Part shown: piece by piece, positions 63,045-64,000 of the stretch | Position numbering within the stretch: position 1 is the first letter of the stretch | Layout of the letters: each line of letters opens with the position of its first letter | Origin: Squalus acanthias | Taxonomy: Eukaryota | Assembly (NCBI GenBank): GCA_030390025.1 | Contig: CM059429.1 | Coordinates: forward strand, 138,198,001 to 138,262,000 | Length of the DNA: 64,000 nt | Direction: 5' to 3' | Position numbers and translations under genes: made by a program | The notes under the pieces: model-generated | Told to the model about the DNA's origin: nothing | The model's database searches: none | The model's input: only the letters and a program-made list of their open reading frames with translations

Positions 63045-63480
63045 TCCTATCTCTCCAATGGCTTGGTGGTAAGTGCACTCCGGGTGTGGCATCAAGCTGT
63101 ACAGAGCAGAAAGTCCCAGGTTCCTGGTCTGTGCAGTTAGGTGACCTCAGCCAGGACTCCATGCAGAGCACTACAGCTAGCCTTATGTCCCTGGGTTATG
63201 GAGGAAAACTTCCAACCAGCATTCCTATTCCTAATTGTTGTGCAGTGACTGCTGGATAGTGCGAGACTATGGACCTGGGGTAAGGACAGAATCAGGCTCT
63301 GCTGTAACGACTCCTCATGGTTAAATGGTGCACCAACACTTGCTGTCTAGATTGAGATATGAAGAATGCCCCATTGGGTGAGGTCTCAGATGGTGGTTGG
63401 TGTTGATGGAATCCTACCCCAACAAGAATCAGTGTTATCAGGAAAGGAGAATGAAAAAATTGGGAGGGAAAGAGGGAGGG
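63045..63480 (+). mobile_element. Old tRNA-derived SINE (AmnSINE2/Nin-like from memory); related copies near 22.9, 25.5, 55.0/57.3 and 62.3 kb
   Basis: Shared gtcccaggtt...ggtctgtgc.g.gttag.tga.ctcagcc and ggacagaatcaggctc.gctgt motifs among the copies. Confidence 0.5.
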
Positions 63481-63573
63481 AAGCAGAATTCTGAATTAAG
63501 TGTTTGGATTGTATGTTTTTGAGAAATATCCTGTCTTCTAACTATATACATATATATAAATTCATTTTTGCAG

Positions 63574-63951
63574 GCATGTGTGCTGCTCAGAGACATGTCC
63601 AGATACAGGAAGGCCCCCTGGTCAGAGCAGAAGGATACCACATAACCATTTGGTGTAACGTGTCCGGGTACTCGGGTTCCACACAGCAGAACTTTGAGTG
63701 GTCAATCTATCTGCCTTCTGCACCTGAAAGACAAATCCAGATAGTCAGCACAAATGATCCCGACTACCCCTACGCTGTATATGGAAGCAGAGTACGGAAT
63801 AAGGAGGTCTACGTTGAGAGAATTGATGGGGACTCGGCGCTGTTGCACATTACTAATCTACAACTGGGAGATACAGGGGAATACGAATGTCACACTCCTA
63901 ACACAGAATCAACCTACTGGGGATCCTACAATGCCAAGGGGAATCTGACAG
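63574..63951 (+). CDS. IGSF3: IGSF3 (EWI-3) internal exon: end of signal peptide and first Ig V-set domain
   Basis: Acceptor tttttgcag| and donor |gtaagt; 378 nt, phase 1-1. AQRHVQIQEGPLVRAEGYHITIWCNVSGY...QNFEWSIYLPSAPERQIQIVST...D.GEYECHTP matches IGSF3 domain 1 as I recall it, better than IGSF8, CD101 or PTGFRN. Confidence 0.9.
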
Positions 63952-64000
63952 GTAAGTGATTCTTGGCTTTACAGTGATTGCCTTTGTTAATGTGGTGTGC

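Noticed and set aside
63504-63573. N-terminal extension MDCMFLRNILSS... of the 151-aa ORF
   Set aside because: Intronic; it lies upstream of the clear acceptor at 63571-63573.

Overview
Eukaryotic, not prokaryotic, DNA. The repeat landscape (DeuSINE/SacSINE1-type and HE1-type SINEs, esterase-ORF1 CR1 LINEs, L2, Penelope, Harbinger) points to a cartilaginous fish, probably a shark. The only host coding sequence I can support is a 378-nt phase-1/phase-1 exon at 63574-63951 encoding the first Ig V-domain of IGSF3 (EWI-3). The preceding ~63.5 kb is most simply part of one very large intron filled with nested transposons. Highlights: (1) a full-length CR1 with both ORFs open, inserted in an older CR1, with a higher-order tandem 5' monomer array and a doubled 3' end; (2) five PIF/Harbinger elements that split into 'Myb-gene-only' and 'transposase-mostly' types, where the Myb DNA-binding exon is more diverged between families than the adjacent intron and disordered exon; (3) Penelope-derived inserts, one with an intact minimal hammerhead ribozyme core on the host sense strand; (4) a 1.6-kb solo LTR. 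Identities are hand counts, family names come from motif recognition without database searches, and many repeat boundaries are approximate.
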